From contig MU004200.1 in assembly GCA_010093605.1 (NCBI GenBank), forward strand, positions 558,001 through 622,000: a stretch of 64,000 nt of DNA, in the 5' to 3' direction. Position numbers and translations under genes: made by a program. Shown in pieces: positions 11,501 through 22,798 of the stretch (its first letter is position 1; each line of letters starts with the position of its first letter). The DNA is from Lophium mytilinum. Taxonomy: Eukaryota. The notes under the pieces were generated by a model that saw only the letters and a program-made list of their open reading frames with translations, did not search any database and was not told the origin of the DNA.

Positions 11501-12928
11501 GACCCAACCATTTCGATTGAAAAGGAGAGGCGGAAACGGGCTACTCCACCCCCGCAGGCACAGCCGCCAATTCCATACTACAACAACCCTCAGCAGTTTC
11601 CTACTATGAACTCACAGGGAGCGCCCCCGCCGTATTACCAGGGATATTCCCCTTATCCACAAATTCATGGGGTCCACGCAGATCCTACTAGGGTGGGGAC
11701 GCCTGGTTCCAAGGATACTCAGCCTTCCGGTCCTCGTCTGCCTCCAAGCTTGGCTAGAAGTAATGCGCCAACGAACGTAGCAACTACCCAAGGTGCTTCA
11801 ACATACGCTTCGCCTTGGGGAGCAGGAGCGGAGAACACATCGAGGCCGTCTCACACCTCAGCCACGCAAGGTCAGCATCCCTATCCTCCTACTACACAAG
11901 CTGGTCATGGATACTCTCCGTATGGTCCTCCTCGTCCGGCCCTTCCACCCAGTTCACAGGGCGGCACATATGGCATGCTTTTTCCCAACACGTCGAACTC
12001 CCAAGCGGTCCCATCGCCATATCAGCAACCTTACCCTGCAATATCGCAATCCCAGGCGTATAGCGGTGCCCAGCGACCCTACTCTCCGTATGTCACCGCA
12101 GGACCGCCGCAAATGGCCGCTCTTTCTAGGCCTCTGCCACCGGAACCGCGTGTCCAATCGCGGTACCCGCCACACATCGCTCCTGGAGATGTTAAAAAAC
12201 TCGACGCGTTCCGCGACACCTTCATTGAGAGGTCGTCAGAGGACAAAGCCTTTGCTGAGCGTAAAGTCGATAATGCCATCAGACAGGTCGTCTCGCCCGC
12301 GAGTGTCACCTCTGCACTCACGGAACCGGAGCTTAGTCTTGTCAAAATCATCACAAGTGTGCTCAATAACAGTGCTCCACAAGCCCCGCCACAGGCTAGT
12401 CAACCACCTGGAGCTGCTGCGAGCCCAAATGAGCAGAAAGTAGCAGGACCGGAGCCTCCATCCGGTCGTACGCTGTCCGAACTCGCCACCAACGCAGCTA
12501 CGATAGCAGCATCAGATGCAGCAAGCGCAGTGGCCGTGGACGCTAAACCTGTTCCACAGTCAACTCCCGTCCCAGAATCGACTTTGACGGCTCCACAGCT
12601 AAGCACGCCGCCTCACTCGAACCGCTCAGATGACTCCAAGACGAATCCAAAGACGCCTCCTCCGGCCAACAACGAGCCTGCTTCCTCTGCTCTCCCCGAT
12701 GCTAGCGGCCCTGATTCATCCCACGCAAAGACGCGCCGACCTAGCGTCGAGCCTCTTACGCCCGTGCCGGGTAGCCCGATGGTCGTGAACCACCGCCCAT
12801 CTTCGTCCGCCGGCGCTAAGCGCGCCTTTTGCGAAGTGTCCAAGGAGGAGGATGCTATGGCTGGGGATGTGCTGCCGAAGGAGGAAGGGAGTCCGAGTGC
12901 GAGTAAGCGGGCGAAGCAGGCCGATTGA
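8552..12928 (+). CDS. FHL1: FHA + forkhead transcription factor, Fhl1-like
   Basis: SAFARLQFDDGLYYMHTYSLVLGR; FHA GISRRHARIEYDF..LGSNGVF; forkhead RPQANYVVMIHEAIS..LQQIYSAIERKYPFY..GWQSSVRHNL. Confidence 0.85.
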   Translation: MLATHRANSPVALDHVAKPDCPVQLPQEDTGRGAPALFFAEPEQTAFDEPPDQTQPAAPTHAATNTMSPPQQTSPESGRDTAGGPTLAPGLANSSTVVTEQDQSEHPRPPSPATEPFPPLLGPPYEDITVPPHDETRFVDNFDAGSDPSAVFPGQDYIGALPVSAGAELDARLLRQHFAHPVNVLDDIGSDGSFRPSDDVLRAHNRAEAEYQLRAAIHSEPIPAHETAHLVNRSDPSAVFPGQDYIEALPVSAGAELDAQLLRQHFAQPVNVLDDIGSDGSFRPSDDVLRAHNRAEAEYQLRAAIHSEPIPAHETAHLVDNSDSQRMSAFARLQFDDGLYYMHTYSLVLGRDSDRFRRGLKRKRAKKRPKDRKRKRHTAVDDDQDGLGRPQHKRRNEDTLSHGPRSVISETGGIVRVPAHEHQHRRPSEASHSISSLSHHHSQDHSLGISNEEGDTYAPPSVMIDTLPEVPRDLQDHVPDPNSCPFLPIHPRDPEEKGISRRHARIEYDFEAGNWRLHVLGSNGVFHNDEHYYPGGPPIQLRHDDMIQIREVRFFFQLPESEQTEDEASSKSLGGRSSRGLSFAFENGRGQHEDEIMSSEDEEAHESVDPRDIFYRVKGFRPDDSVEDELEEQDDNEDDSDEDDESVDDQPLRKRMQKKPKKQTLKLKLSQKAQIASQRPVPKQKKQMKSKPRRLPSPTPPPPPPPKAVVKKVQKMKQKDVAKEVAKDKIKPPAKELEKPKEKNGEASRPPATEPQARPEPVTQSNESLAAGTIITREICERFSLHESMIGTEYKPRKGPGRPPKDGFMSKREKALLARKAKEDEKARRLGIDPKELEVIKTPTNKAGRAQKEDNGAENEDVKDSVEGHAKTGASDQTNEKKPAKSSKPPRSPSPVMKEEDYTEEELQRPQANYVVMIHEAISNSKHGSLNLQQIYSAIERKYPFYKFRVSTNGWQSSVRHNLGQHEAFKKGEKEGKGYNWVIDPTISIEKERRKRATPPPQAQPPIPYYNNPQQFPTMNSQGAPPPYYQGYSPYPQIHGVHADPTRVGTPGSKDTQPSGPRLPPSLARSNAPTNVATTQGASTYASPWGAGAENTSRPSHTSATQGQHPYPPTTQAGHGYSPYGPPRPALPPSSQGGTYGMLFPNTSNSQAVPSPYQQPYPAISQSQAYSGAQRPYSPYVTAGPPQMAALSRPLPPEPRVQSRYPPHIAPGDVKKLDAFRDTFIERSSEDKAFAERKVDNAIRQVVSPASVTSALTEPELSLVKIITSVLNNSAPQAPPQASQPPGAAASPNEQKVAGPEPPSGRTLSELATNAATIAASDAASAVAVDAKPVPQSTPVPESTLTAPQLSTPPHSNRSDDSKTNPKTPPPANNEPASSALPDASGPDSSHAKTRRPSVEPLTPVPGSPMVVNHRPSSSAGAKRAFCEVSKEEDAMAGDVLPKEEGSPSASKRAKQAD
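8985..9508 (+). repeat. Near-identical in-frame 264-bp (88-aa) tandem duplication inside the Fhl1-like CDS
   Basis: Copies start at 8985 and 9249. I counted four substitutions. Confidence 0.97.
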
Positions 12929-14671
12929 GACCTGCGTTTCCAGCACACGTTTCCGCAACGTCTTTTTGCTTACGCGCGCGTGTTTAGGGAAGTGCCTTGG
13001 CGCATCGCAGGTGCTATTCTGTATGTCGATGGACGAATTGAACAAGCGAATACGAGCGAACACAGGGGCAACAAACGTTATGACATGACTGGGTTATGGG
13101 TATGGGTACAGGGTGTAGGGCATACATGGATTATCACGGGAGTCCCGGTGTTATCGATACCCCACTTTGAAAAGTTTATTTCTTCCTTTCTTGCTATCTC
13201 TTCATTGCCTTTTTCTTTTCTTTTCCACATGCATCATTGCGTGCCCTTTCTCTCTCATGGAGTATGGAACCAGGGGTTTCAGGGTCATATACACGGGGGG
13301 CGTTTTAACGTCACGTCTGCCACGACTCATCGAATTCTTCCTCATCGCATTGTCTGCATCGAATCCTGTCTCACACTAGTTGTGTGTATTTTTCTTTGCT
13401 TTTCTTGGGAGCAGCATGGTTCTCGCGTTCGACGTATTTGTCCGTCGCGTGGACCTGTCTAAAAAGTCTAGCTGGATAAAGCATGGGATTGCGCGGATGG
13501 GTTTTTGTTCTTTTCCTTCTTCCGAAACATGTATCTGGCATTTGAACTGCGGGTGGATTGGGGCTTATATTGTTCTACCCGGTAGAAGGATTAGAATTGC
13601 TTGGCGAGCATGGGGGGGGGGGTCATGGGTGGCAGATAGGAATATCTGTAACCGCGCGCGGGATCATCTGTTTCTGCCGCGCCTGGATAGCTATCTTGTT
13701 ACCCCAGTAAATCTTCATTTTTATATTGAACAGTGTGGTTCTTGCTCCCTTTTGGCCCGTATTGGTAGGTTAGCGAACACTTCAGCGTAGATGCTTGGTG
13801 TCAGCATCAAAAGCCCGGGTATCCCTTAAAAAAGATCGTATTGCGCTCCCTGCTTATAGCTCACATCGCCTTCCACGGATACGTGTACGCCTACTTCCAG
13901 CTCTAGAGCTCCTCGTCACCGTCTCAAAGGCCCATGCTCCTCGAAGGAAGGTCTTTAGTCCAGTCAACTCGCCGGGTCATTGAAAATCTTATAACCCCTA
14001 TCGGTGTTCACAGCCAGTTCAGTTCCCATAACCGCAGCTACAGCACCACCCTTAGCAATCGGTGCAATCAGGGGCGCGCTCCACAACTATGTGCTGTAGC
14101 AAACCTGATTGGTGCGTCTCGGAGATTCCCTTCATCGACCTAAACGTTCGCGCTGAGCTTCTGTAAGATGGCGGTATCACTCGGCCTAGTTCCTCGATTC
14201 ATGTGAGCTCGCGTTAGATCATCTACTCACCCCAAACAAGCCATTTAACTCGATTGCCGGCTGGGCTTGGAGAAGTTTAATATGAGGTCGAATTACACAA
14301 CTTGATTTCACTGCATAAGCGACTAGCAAGGTGAACCATCATGATTCGCTTTCCGAAAACTAGGCTTTCTTAAACTGGCCTAACCCCCGCCTACCCACCC
14401 ACCGCCACCCCCCAGCACACCAAAAAAGACAACAAAGACGTGGAGGGTTATAAAAAGATCAAAACACGACAAACATGGTCTCTGGAAAAAGCAGAACGCC
14501 GCCGTTTACCTAGACACCTGGACCGGAGACGTGCATGATATGAAGTATGGGTGGAGGTGGGGGGAAGAGGATGGAAGTTGAGATTACGACATGGCTGGTC
14601 TGAGCTAGAAGATTTGCCAGGGGGTAAAATGATGCGATGGTAAAGAAGATAAAGGGGGCACAGGGTGGGAA

Positions 14672-15709
14672 TCACATGGCCATTTCGGCCTGCAGTTTCC
14701 GCAGCTCCTCCTCTTCGTCTTCCTCCTCTGCTTGCGCCGGGGCTTTGCCTTTGACTGTCGCGATTCCTCGTATTAGCAATATCCTCGTCAGTGGGGGCAG
14801 GTTGGAGACGGGGAAGGGGCTTGACTTACGCTCTCCCTGTGCAGCGGTCGGTAACCGGTGCACCTGGTCGCCTACCGGCACATTTCCCGTGTCCAGCATC
14901 TTGTTATCCAGCTCCTCCTGCTGCAGCTCGGCGAGCTCCTCATCCAGCTCGTCCTCGTCGATACCCGTGTTGCCGACCGACTGCGTGATCGCTTCGCTGA
15001 TTTCCTCGCTAATGGCGTGCTGTTCGCGGAGGTCTTCCCTGTATAGGCAGAAACAGTGAGATCAGCAACAAGTCGCCTAGTAATCTCAGAGCTCCAAAAA
15101 GGCCGGAAACCCCAAGAAAAACCCCCCCAACAAGTTGAGAAATCGAGCAAAAAGGGGAAAACGTACATGGTCTGGTCCACCTTGTCGATGGTCAAGCCGG
15201 CGTGGATTTGCTGCATAGCCTTGCCAGCATTCCGCATCGCATCCAACGTTTCCTTGTTGATGTTGGACGCCTCGATGGAGTATATTTCGCGCTCCAGCGA
15301 CATGATCTGCGACTGGGTTTGCTCGTGGGAGTGCTCGAACTGCTTCTTGCGGCGCAGGGCGGCTTTGGCCACTACATTCACACATCCAGAAGTTAGCCAG
15401 GCTCGTCCTAATCTAGACCTACGACTCTTGCTATCCCACGCTGGGGGATTCTGAGGCGCTATCCCATCTGCCGCCGAGGCCCCCCTCCCATGTACAAGCC
15501 AAAGAAGACGAAAGAGGGCACATACGGTTCTTATTCGACGTCACGTTCTTCGCGGCGATGGCCTGCTGCTCGGCCATCTGGTTCTGCAGGTGCTTCTCGC
15601 GCTTCGACAGCATCTCGAGCTGCCCCCGCAGCTGCAGAATCGCCTTCTTGGGCGCATCCTTTTGCTTTGCGGTGCCGCCGCCGAACCAGCCCATTCCCCA
15701 GCCGGACAT
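14672..15709 (-). CDS. SNF7: ESCRT-III subunit Snf7/Vps32, 4 exons
   Basis: PKKAILQLRGQLEMLSKREKHL, AKAALRRKKQFE, SIEASNINKETL, IDEDELDEEL and C-terminal EEEELRKLQAEMAM. Canonical introns. Confidence 0.95.
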
Positions 15710-16375
15710 GGTGGGCAGTGGAGAAAGCCGCGTGTGGGCTGAAGAAGCCCTAGCTGTCGAACGTGTGCGAAAAAAGCGAGGGGGAGCCTCCGGGGGTGCG
15801 GTGAAGGGCTATCGGAGGTGTCGAGGATGATGGTGGGGCGCTGTGGAGCGGCCGCGAGGTGTTGACGGGCGGGAGTCGTGTTGTGGGACGGAAGTAGGTG
15901 CGTGAGAGCGGCGTGGATGGAGTGTCAGTATGCAGTCAGGCAGTCAGGAGTTGTAGAAGAATGTGGCGGCGGTGGGTGCTTTGCTGGGAGCCTGGGAGAG
16001 ATGATTCCCGTCCACGGTTGGTATCGCCCATGACGGGGTGCCCGCGCTATTCCGCTCTAATGGCAACGGCACGTGCACCAAGCACGCTCGCTAGACGCCT
16101 TTCCTGCTTCGGCTTTCCGCTGTCAGTCAACACCATCACCCGGGCACTTGTATGGTCCTCATCATCACGAGCAGACAGCTTAATTCACATCGCTCAGCGC
16201 CTGTAGATAGGTAAACACGTGACGGGCTCCATGCTGTAGACCAAGTAATCCGTCTCTCTTATTCACACCTACGACCCATCTCATACCAAATCATTAATAA
16301 CGAACTATCACTTCATCACTACATGACCCTCTCAAACTTCAGAGCTTACCCCAACCTCCGCTCTCCCTCCTCCCC

Positions 16376-16894
16376 ATGGCCAGTCCCCCACCCTCCCAGC
16401 TCCTCTTCCTCTCAGACCTCTTCCCACTCGCACCCGGCGCCAAGGTAAGATTCCTAGGCTGGTACGTCCATCTCTTTCTTTCCCTGTCCCTCCCTCTCCT
16501 CTCTTTCTCTCCCTCTCCCTCTCCTCCTCCCATTCCCCCACCCACCTCCATCTCACAACCCCCCAGCGTCCAAGAATACACCGTCTCAACCGGCACGCTC
16601 CTCCTAACGCACAACCACCCACCCTCCTCCCCCACCCCCGCAACAACCGCCCGCGTGAACATCGACCACGTGCTCGAGACGCTCAAGAGCACCGAGGTGC
16701 TGCAAGTCGGGGCGTGGGTGAATGTGATCGGGTACATCACAGCGCGCCCGTCTCGGAGCGCTGGAGATGCGCTGCGGGAAAGTCACGTCCAAGCGATAGT
16801 GCTGTGGTCCGCCGGTTCGCTCAATCTGGAGGAGTACGAGAGGGCTGTGGAGCAGAGGAAAGCGCTGGAGTCGGGTTCGGGAGCGCTGGGGTGA
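16376..16894 (+). CDS. TEN1: CST complex subunit Ten1 (telomere-capping OB fold), predicted intron 16462-16566
   Basis: GAKVRFLG|CVQEY, VNIDHVLE, LQVGAWVNVIGY, VQAIVLWSAG and LEEYERAV. Confidence 0.85.
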   Translation: MASPPPSQLLFLSDLFPLAPGAKVRFLGWYVHLFLSLSLPLLSFSPSPSPPPIPPPTSISQPPSVQEYTVSTGTLLLTHNHPPSSPTPATTARVNIDHVLETLKSTEVLQVGAWVNVIGYITARPSRSAGDALRESHVQAIVLWSAGSLNLEEYERAVEQRKALESGSGALG

Positions 16895-17236
16895 GGTGGA
16901 CGTCAGCGTGGTAGGATCGAGTGATGTTTGAGGCGGGGAGCGGAAGCGTTAACAGGTCTGGATCAGCCGATAACAGCGTTGCATCTTTTCACAGCAGTAC
17001 GGACCCCCGGTACTGCTTCACGTCTTTTCGACCTTCTTTCAGCTCCCTTCAAAGCCCCTCAAAATCAAAACATCACGAAGCAAAGAGCGAACAAAAATAA
17101 TCGTAAATCGAAATCGAATTGATTCATCGGAGGGTATATGTGGCCTCGTCTCAGCATAATTAATTACCGTGGTATCAACCGTATATCCCACCACCTCCAC
17201 TCGCTGCTCCCTCCTCTCAAAGGAACAGAGGAACAT

Positions 17237-19755
17237 CTAGCACGAGTCGCCAGGGCACGCAATCTGGGAGCCGTACTTGTCACCCGCAATACCTGCCACC
17301 TGGAAGATAGCGTTGATGACACCACCGATACCCTCACCAGCGATCAAACCAGCCGCAACCGCGTATCCGTAGATATCGAAGCCGCTTGGGTTCCTCTTGG
17401 CCCAGATGTATGCCCATGTGCTGCCGATCACCATGGCGGTACCGTAGACGGTTTGGGGAAGCACGAACGCAAGACCAATGCACATCATGTTGGGGTGGTA
17501 GGTCTTGACCCACTCGAGCTTGCCGACCCAGACGTAGTGGCGGATGAGCACCATGACGCAGCCGAAGATGGCAAAGACAATCGAGAAGATGCCGGAGGTC
17601 TTGGGAATTGGGAAGGTCGGGTCTGTCACAGCGACAGCAACGGCGCGCCACGCAGAAACCGAGGGAGCGGAGAAGGGGCAGGTCTCGGCGTTGATGTCGA
17701 TGATGCAGGGGTAGGCGGTGGTGAACAGCTGGAACATGGCCGGCGCCAGGAAGATGGCAACGATGGTGCCGACACCCTGGGCAATCCACTGCTGGTTCGG
17801 GGGTGTTCGGAGTAGGAAACCAGTTCGAAAATCGCACACCAAGTCGGTGGACTGGTTAGCACCCATGGAGGCGATGGCACCACCGAGGAGGTTGAGACGC
17901 TGCGCATGGGTCTGGTTCCAGTGCTCACCCTTTGTCGCACCACCAAGGATGATCTGAGAGGCCTTGGAGGCAGCGGTGAGCGGAGTGACGTCAGTCACAC
18001 CAGTGCACTGGATGGCCAAGAAGGAGAAGAAGAAGGCCAAGAAAACGGAGAGCAGCGACATGCCGACGGGCATGTCAAACTCGACGCCGAGAACGACACA
18101 GATGCAGATGATGGAGAGAACAAGCCCGGGCAGCCACATCCACATCTTGACGAGGTCTTCAGGCGCAGCAGAGTCCTCAACCATGTCATCTTCGTGCTGG
18201 TCGCCCTTGTTGAACCACGCAAGGTCCTTTTTCATGGCCTTGCCAATGGCGTAGATGCCATTGCAGATACCGCGGTACACGGCGCGGAATGCATACCAGA
18301 TGATCTTCCATTGCATTAGAAGTTCTGCGAGGCGATTAGCGAGTGGACTGTAAGCTTTGCAGGGACTGCTTACCAGTGAAGGAAACAGCAATCATGAGAA
18401 GGACACCAGGCCACAGCATCCAGTAGCGGGGGCTGGGGTGGTCCTTGTTGGAGAACTTCAAGCTCAAAGAGAAGAATTGGATGGCGCCATCCCATTTCTC
18501 GCTATCAGGCACGAGGGGCGATCCCCAGCAGATGCCGTTGTGGACAAGGGCGGGGCCGATGATACCCCAGGCAAGAACGCTGCCCATGAAGAAAGAGATA
18601 GACACGTTGAGGCCGACAAGCATGCCAGAGCCAATGAAGGCGGGCGTGAACTCGATGAGCCAGCCCCAGTTCTCAACGTTGATGGCGGCGTCTGAATGGG
18701 TTAGCGGGTGGCAATTTTGAGGGAATGGGAATGCTTACTGTTGTAGTTGCCCCAGATGAAGAACCAGGTGAAGATGTGCCAGTCCCAGAGGATGCCAATG
18801 GCGTATTGGGAGACGACACGGAGGATCAGGGCGCCGGCAAATGCACCAGACAGGGCTTTCATTTTCAACTTGGCCATGGCTTCTCCAGTCACGGCTTGGT
18901 GCATGCTACGGATAGTCATGGCAGTGGCCGAGGGAGTAGGGAAGATGAGACGCAGCTCGCGGGCTACATAGATGATGAAGAATTTACGCACTGGCGAACG
19001 TTAGTGGGAAACGAAGTTGGCAGATTCAATAAGAGCTTACTGGGCGTGGCAAAGAAGAAGCCGAAGTAGCCAGCAACGGCGGTCAAAGACACGATCTTCC
19101 AGAAGTCCTCCTTGGGAGTAGCGAGGAGGTCCAATTGGTAGAGCGCGGGGAAAGCCGAGACGAAGACGCTGGAAAGACCACCAGACGCCATAGCGGCAGT
19201 CTGGACGATGTTGTTCTCACGGGGCCCGAAGCTTCCACCAAGGATGGGGAGATCTCCGAAGGTCTTGGAGAAGAACTTGACGACGGCGAAACCAGCAATG
19301 GCCTAGATGCTGTTAGAATCGAACTTGGTGCAGGTAGTAGGACTACTCACGCCGAACAGATTGGCAGTGAACGTCCATCCCGTCTTGAGACCGAGGTAGA
19401 CGTTGGAAGCGTTGACGAGGGCACCGCAGCAGAGACCGACGAAGACAGCACGAATGGTTAGAATGCGCCTGGGTTCATCTGGTAGGTCGTCGAAGGGGAC
19501 GAAAGGGTCGCTGAGGAAAGCCTGGTTGTTGTCCTCGTCGAGCTCCTTGGTGTGGGTGAGGTCGTACTCCTTCTCGTCGCCAAAGTCCTGGCCGTCCTTG
19601 GGCGTATTGAAGGTGTTTTGGGTTTCGGTCAATGGGGCGCTGCGATGGTCAGTATACGGGTAGTGGGGTTGCACGCGACGGTGAGGCACTTACACCTTGG
19701 GGTTGATCTGCCCCATGCCCTCGGTGTTGTGGTCCAAGACCTCGTTGATAGCCAT
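17237..19755 (-). CDS. OPT-superfamily oligopeptide/metal-chelate transporter (YSL-like branch), multi-exon
   Basis: LTIRAVFVG..NVYLGLKTGW, FGPRENNIVQTAA, LIFPTPSATA, DFRTGFLL and GLIAGEGIGG. ATG at 19755 (MAINEVLDH). Confidence 0.9.
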
Positions 19756-21522
19756 GGTGTCGTGTGCGGGTGCGTGAAGTGAGACCACGATGGCTGGTGA
19801 AAGAGGGGCACTGGGCGAGGTAATATAGGTGTTGCTCAAGGGCAGGCGCGCCTAGCAGTACCACGGCTCAGATTGGCATATCGTGCTCCGGGGCACGGTT
19901 GGCAACGGATTCGCTATCGGGAGCTTGCCTCTATCACGGCCCCCGTCGACACCCTTCCTCCAAAGGTTTGATAGTCTTGTGTCGGGCCACTCAGCGGGCG
20001 GCGGGACGGCCGTCCAACGGCATGGAAGGTCTCTAGAAGGCCAGCAACCTGCCAATCCTAGTATGGCTGGGTCCAACGACTGGGGAAGCTCGTCGGGGAC
20101 AGGGCAAGATCATCAGCATAATCTCTGGGCGTCTCACGGCTAGCCTCACCTCGACGGCGCAACGCCCCCGATGCAGCGAATCGAATGCTGATGCAGAGTT
20201 CCAGCCACCGACGGCTGCTGACCCTGGTGTGCATCGTGTCCGGGGAGGTGAGGTCCACGGCGGCGAATAGGCAGCGGAGCGCCTTCGGTCGGCCCGCTGT
20301 GCGGCGCAGGACTTGCTTCTTTGCGGCAAGCTGCCGGACACTGCAGCGAGCTTCGTGAAGCCACTCGTCTGGGCAGCGACCTCAGCGGCACAATACATCC
20401 GCGGTGATTCGCTGGACGGGCCTTGTGCTGTGTGCAGCAAGCCGACGACGTTACATGGTCATGCTAAGGCGCCTTGGCCTGGAGAAATGCATTCAGGCGC
20501 ACGGCTGTGGCGATTGCGATGGATTGATGGCGTGAACCTTGCTTGCACCTCGCTCTTGCCCGTTGCGCACCTTGCTCGCACCTGCCCGTCACCGTCTCCT
20601 CGGGTGTATGGAATTTGAAAACATTTCTGCCATTTATGTGTGCGTCCTGGTGCATCCTACTCGTGCCCTCCACTCCCCAATCTCTTCATGCCCAACTGCT
20701 ATCCACAGGGTTGTTGCCGGCCTCGACTCGCTGGACCCCGTATCGTGTGCATCCTCCTGCAGCGTTTCATCGCGTTGCCGTCATGAGCTTCGCGACAAGC
20801 GCACTTCACATCATTCCACAGGCTCGATTGCCTCCGTCAGGCCTGCGCTGGCTGTCATCCATGCATCACCCGCTGTGCTGCCAAATTAAATGCCATCTCG
20901 TACCCCTCCAATCGCGACATCTCTTATGATCGTCGCTTGGCATATTGGTCGGCGTACCGAACAGGCAGGTCGGCACCACCATTCTCATATCGCCCAGCAC
21001 CACCTGGAGAGACGGTCGTGCCATCAAGGAACCTCCCTCCAGCGCGGGTCCGCGGCGTTTACAAACCGATCGAGAACGCTCGCCAGCGTAATGCTTCTAT
21101 CTTGTCCCCTACCCAACTGCCCTTCTCGAAGCGCGCTGGACGCCGGCCCAGCCCGTCTGCCACCATCTACGTAGCTGCCGCCCTGGGAACGGCCCCCTCA
21201 CCGAGCACGGTTACTTGCGGGTTCCAGCGTCTAGGTGAGCTCCTCGCCCCGTTAAGCCTTGCATCTCCACTGTTGATTCCGAACATCTGGAATTCTACCA
21301 ACCCGGCCTGCTGGAGAGCGGGTCAGCGAGAAGGTCTCCTCGGAGCACCCATACTCAAATGGGGAATTGCCTGCCTGATATCGACGGTGCAAAGAATATA
21401 TCAGCGCCTGCCAGCCTGTCTGCCCAGCTTCAGCCTAGCCTGATATATCGGCCATCAACAGCCCGATTCGACCACAGCGCCTCTCGGGGAGATGTGCTGT
21501 CCGTGCTGGCGTTGTTCGTGTA

Positions 21523-22798
21523 CACCTCCCCCCCCTGCTCGGCTCGTCCACCACCGTGCACATCCGTGCATCGAATGTTCGAGCAACCCTGCAAGCGTTA
21601 TATATAATTCTCAGCTAGGAATGCTTATAGATGCCTAAGCATCCAGCATCATCCAAAATAACAATTTTAACGCCCGGCTGGCACCTCTCCCGTAATAAAC
21701 GCCTACAGATCTATACTCTACACCAAGCTGGTATCTTATAACGCCAAATCGCCACGCAATTAGGCCTACGCCAAAGCACAGTTTAAAGCTGCCTTTACGG
21801 TCCTATTACTCCTATAAAGCCTCGCAACCGCCTAGGGCCCCTTTTTACCCCTAAGCTTTAACACCGATTAATTATTTATACAACTATTAACGCTGTTTAA
21901 TAAAGGAAGCTATAGCGGCTTATTACTATAGAGCTTAGAATTACCTGCTCTAATAAGCTTCTTAATGCTGCCTTTTATAAGGAAGGCTACTACCATAGAA
22001 AGGCATAGAAGAAGCCCTAGCTTACCCTAGAATATATATAGGCTCGGGTTAAATAGGCCTAAGAGCACCTATAATAGATATAAAGTAAATAGAACCGGGT
22101 GTACTAGACTAATAAGGCATCCTTCTGCCTAGATTAGGGTGATATTTAGGTTATAAGAAAAGCAGGAGAGCGCTTTTATCCGGACTGCCTAGCCCCTAGG
22201 TTCTAAGGCTATTTAGAATAGATAGTTTAGGGTGCCATCTTATTAAGAGGAAAGGGGCTATTAGTATTCTTTAAGAAGGAATAGGGCAGGATTAATAACT
22301 AGGTCTATTAAGAGAAGATTCTTTCTTACATCTTAGAGTATTAAAAGGGATATAAATAGTATATTATTAGGAAAGGAAACCTTCTTCTTATAGAAGATAG
22401 ATCTAGGGTTTACACTACTAAGGCAGTAGAGAAGGAATAGGGGTAGTATAGCCTCTATTAGATTTAGTGGCCGGCTAATTTACCGGATTTAAATCCAATT
22501 AAGAACCTTTAGAAGAAGCTAAAGGCCGCTATTACCCGCCGGCAGCTAAAGGATAAAGCTAAGCTAAGGATAATCCTCTAGAAAGAATAGGAGAAGATTA
22601 ATTTAGATTAGATTTAATTGCTTATATATTTAATAAATAACAGGTGTAGGGCTATTATTAAGGCTAATAGAGGGCCGACTAAGTGGTAATTCTGGGCATT
22701 GAAATGTACGTAAGATTGTATACAAAACAGTGCCAGGCCTTGACTCAGGGGCCCCTGTCGTGCACGGTGGTGGACGAGCCGAGCAGGGGGGGGAGGTG
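21523..22798 (+). mobile_element. Tc1/mariner DNA transposon (1276 bp), RIP-inactivated, 39-bp perfect TIRs, TA target-site duplication
   Basis: TA|CACCTCCCCCCCCTGCTCGGCTCGTCCACCACCGTGCAC at 21521-21561 is the exact reverse complement of 22760-22800. The interior is AT- and TpA-rich. Confidence 0.95.
21631..22689 (+). pseudogene. DD34E Tc1-family transposase destroyed by RIP (353 codons, no net frameshift)
   Basis: One frame gives an HTH (RQIATQLGLRQSTV), (W)T(D)(E)ASF, ED at 22393-22398, WPAN(S)PDLNPI(E>K)NL(W>*) and AN(G)GPTKW*. There are 34 residues between D and E. The many TAA/TAG stops are consistent with C>T / G>A change of CAA, CAG or TGG. Confidence 0.93.

Noticed and set aside
18481..18490. 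Second perfect ATGGCGCCAT
   Set aside because: Lies inside an OPT coding exon (DGAI codons), not in a promoter.
17138..19782. Long plus-strand ORFs opposite the OPT gene (similar ones lie opposite RPS0, uS15m and Spt16)
   Set aside because: Antisense shadows caused by strong codon bias in real genes.
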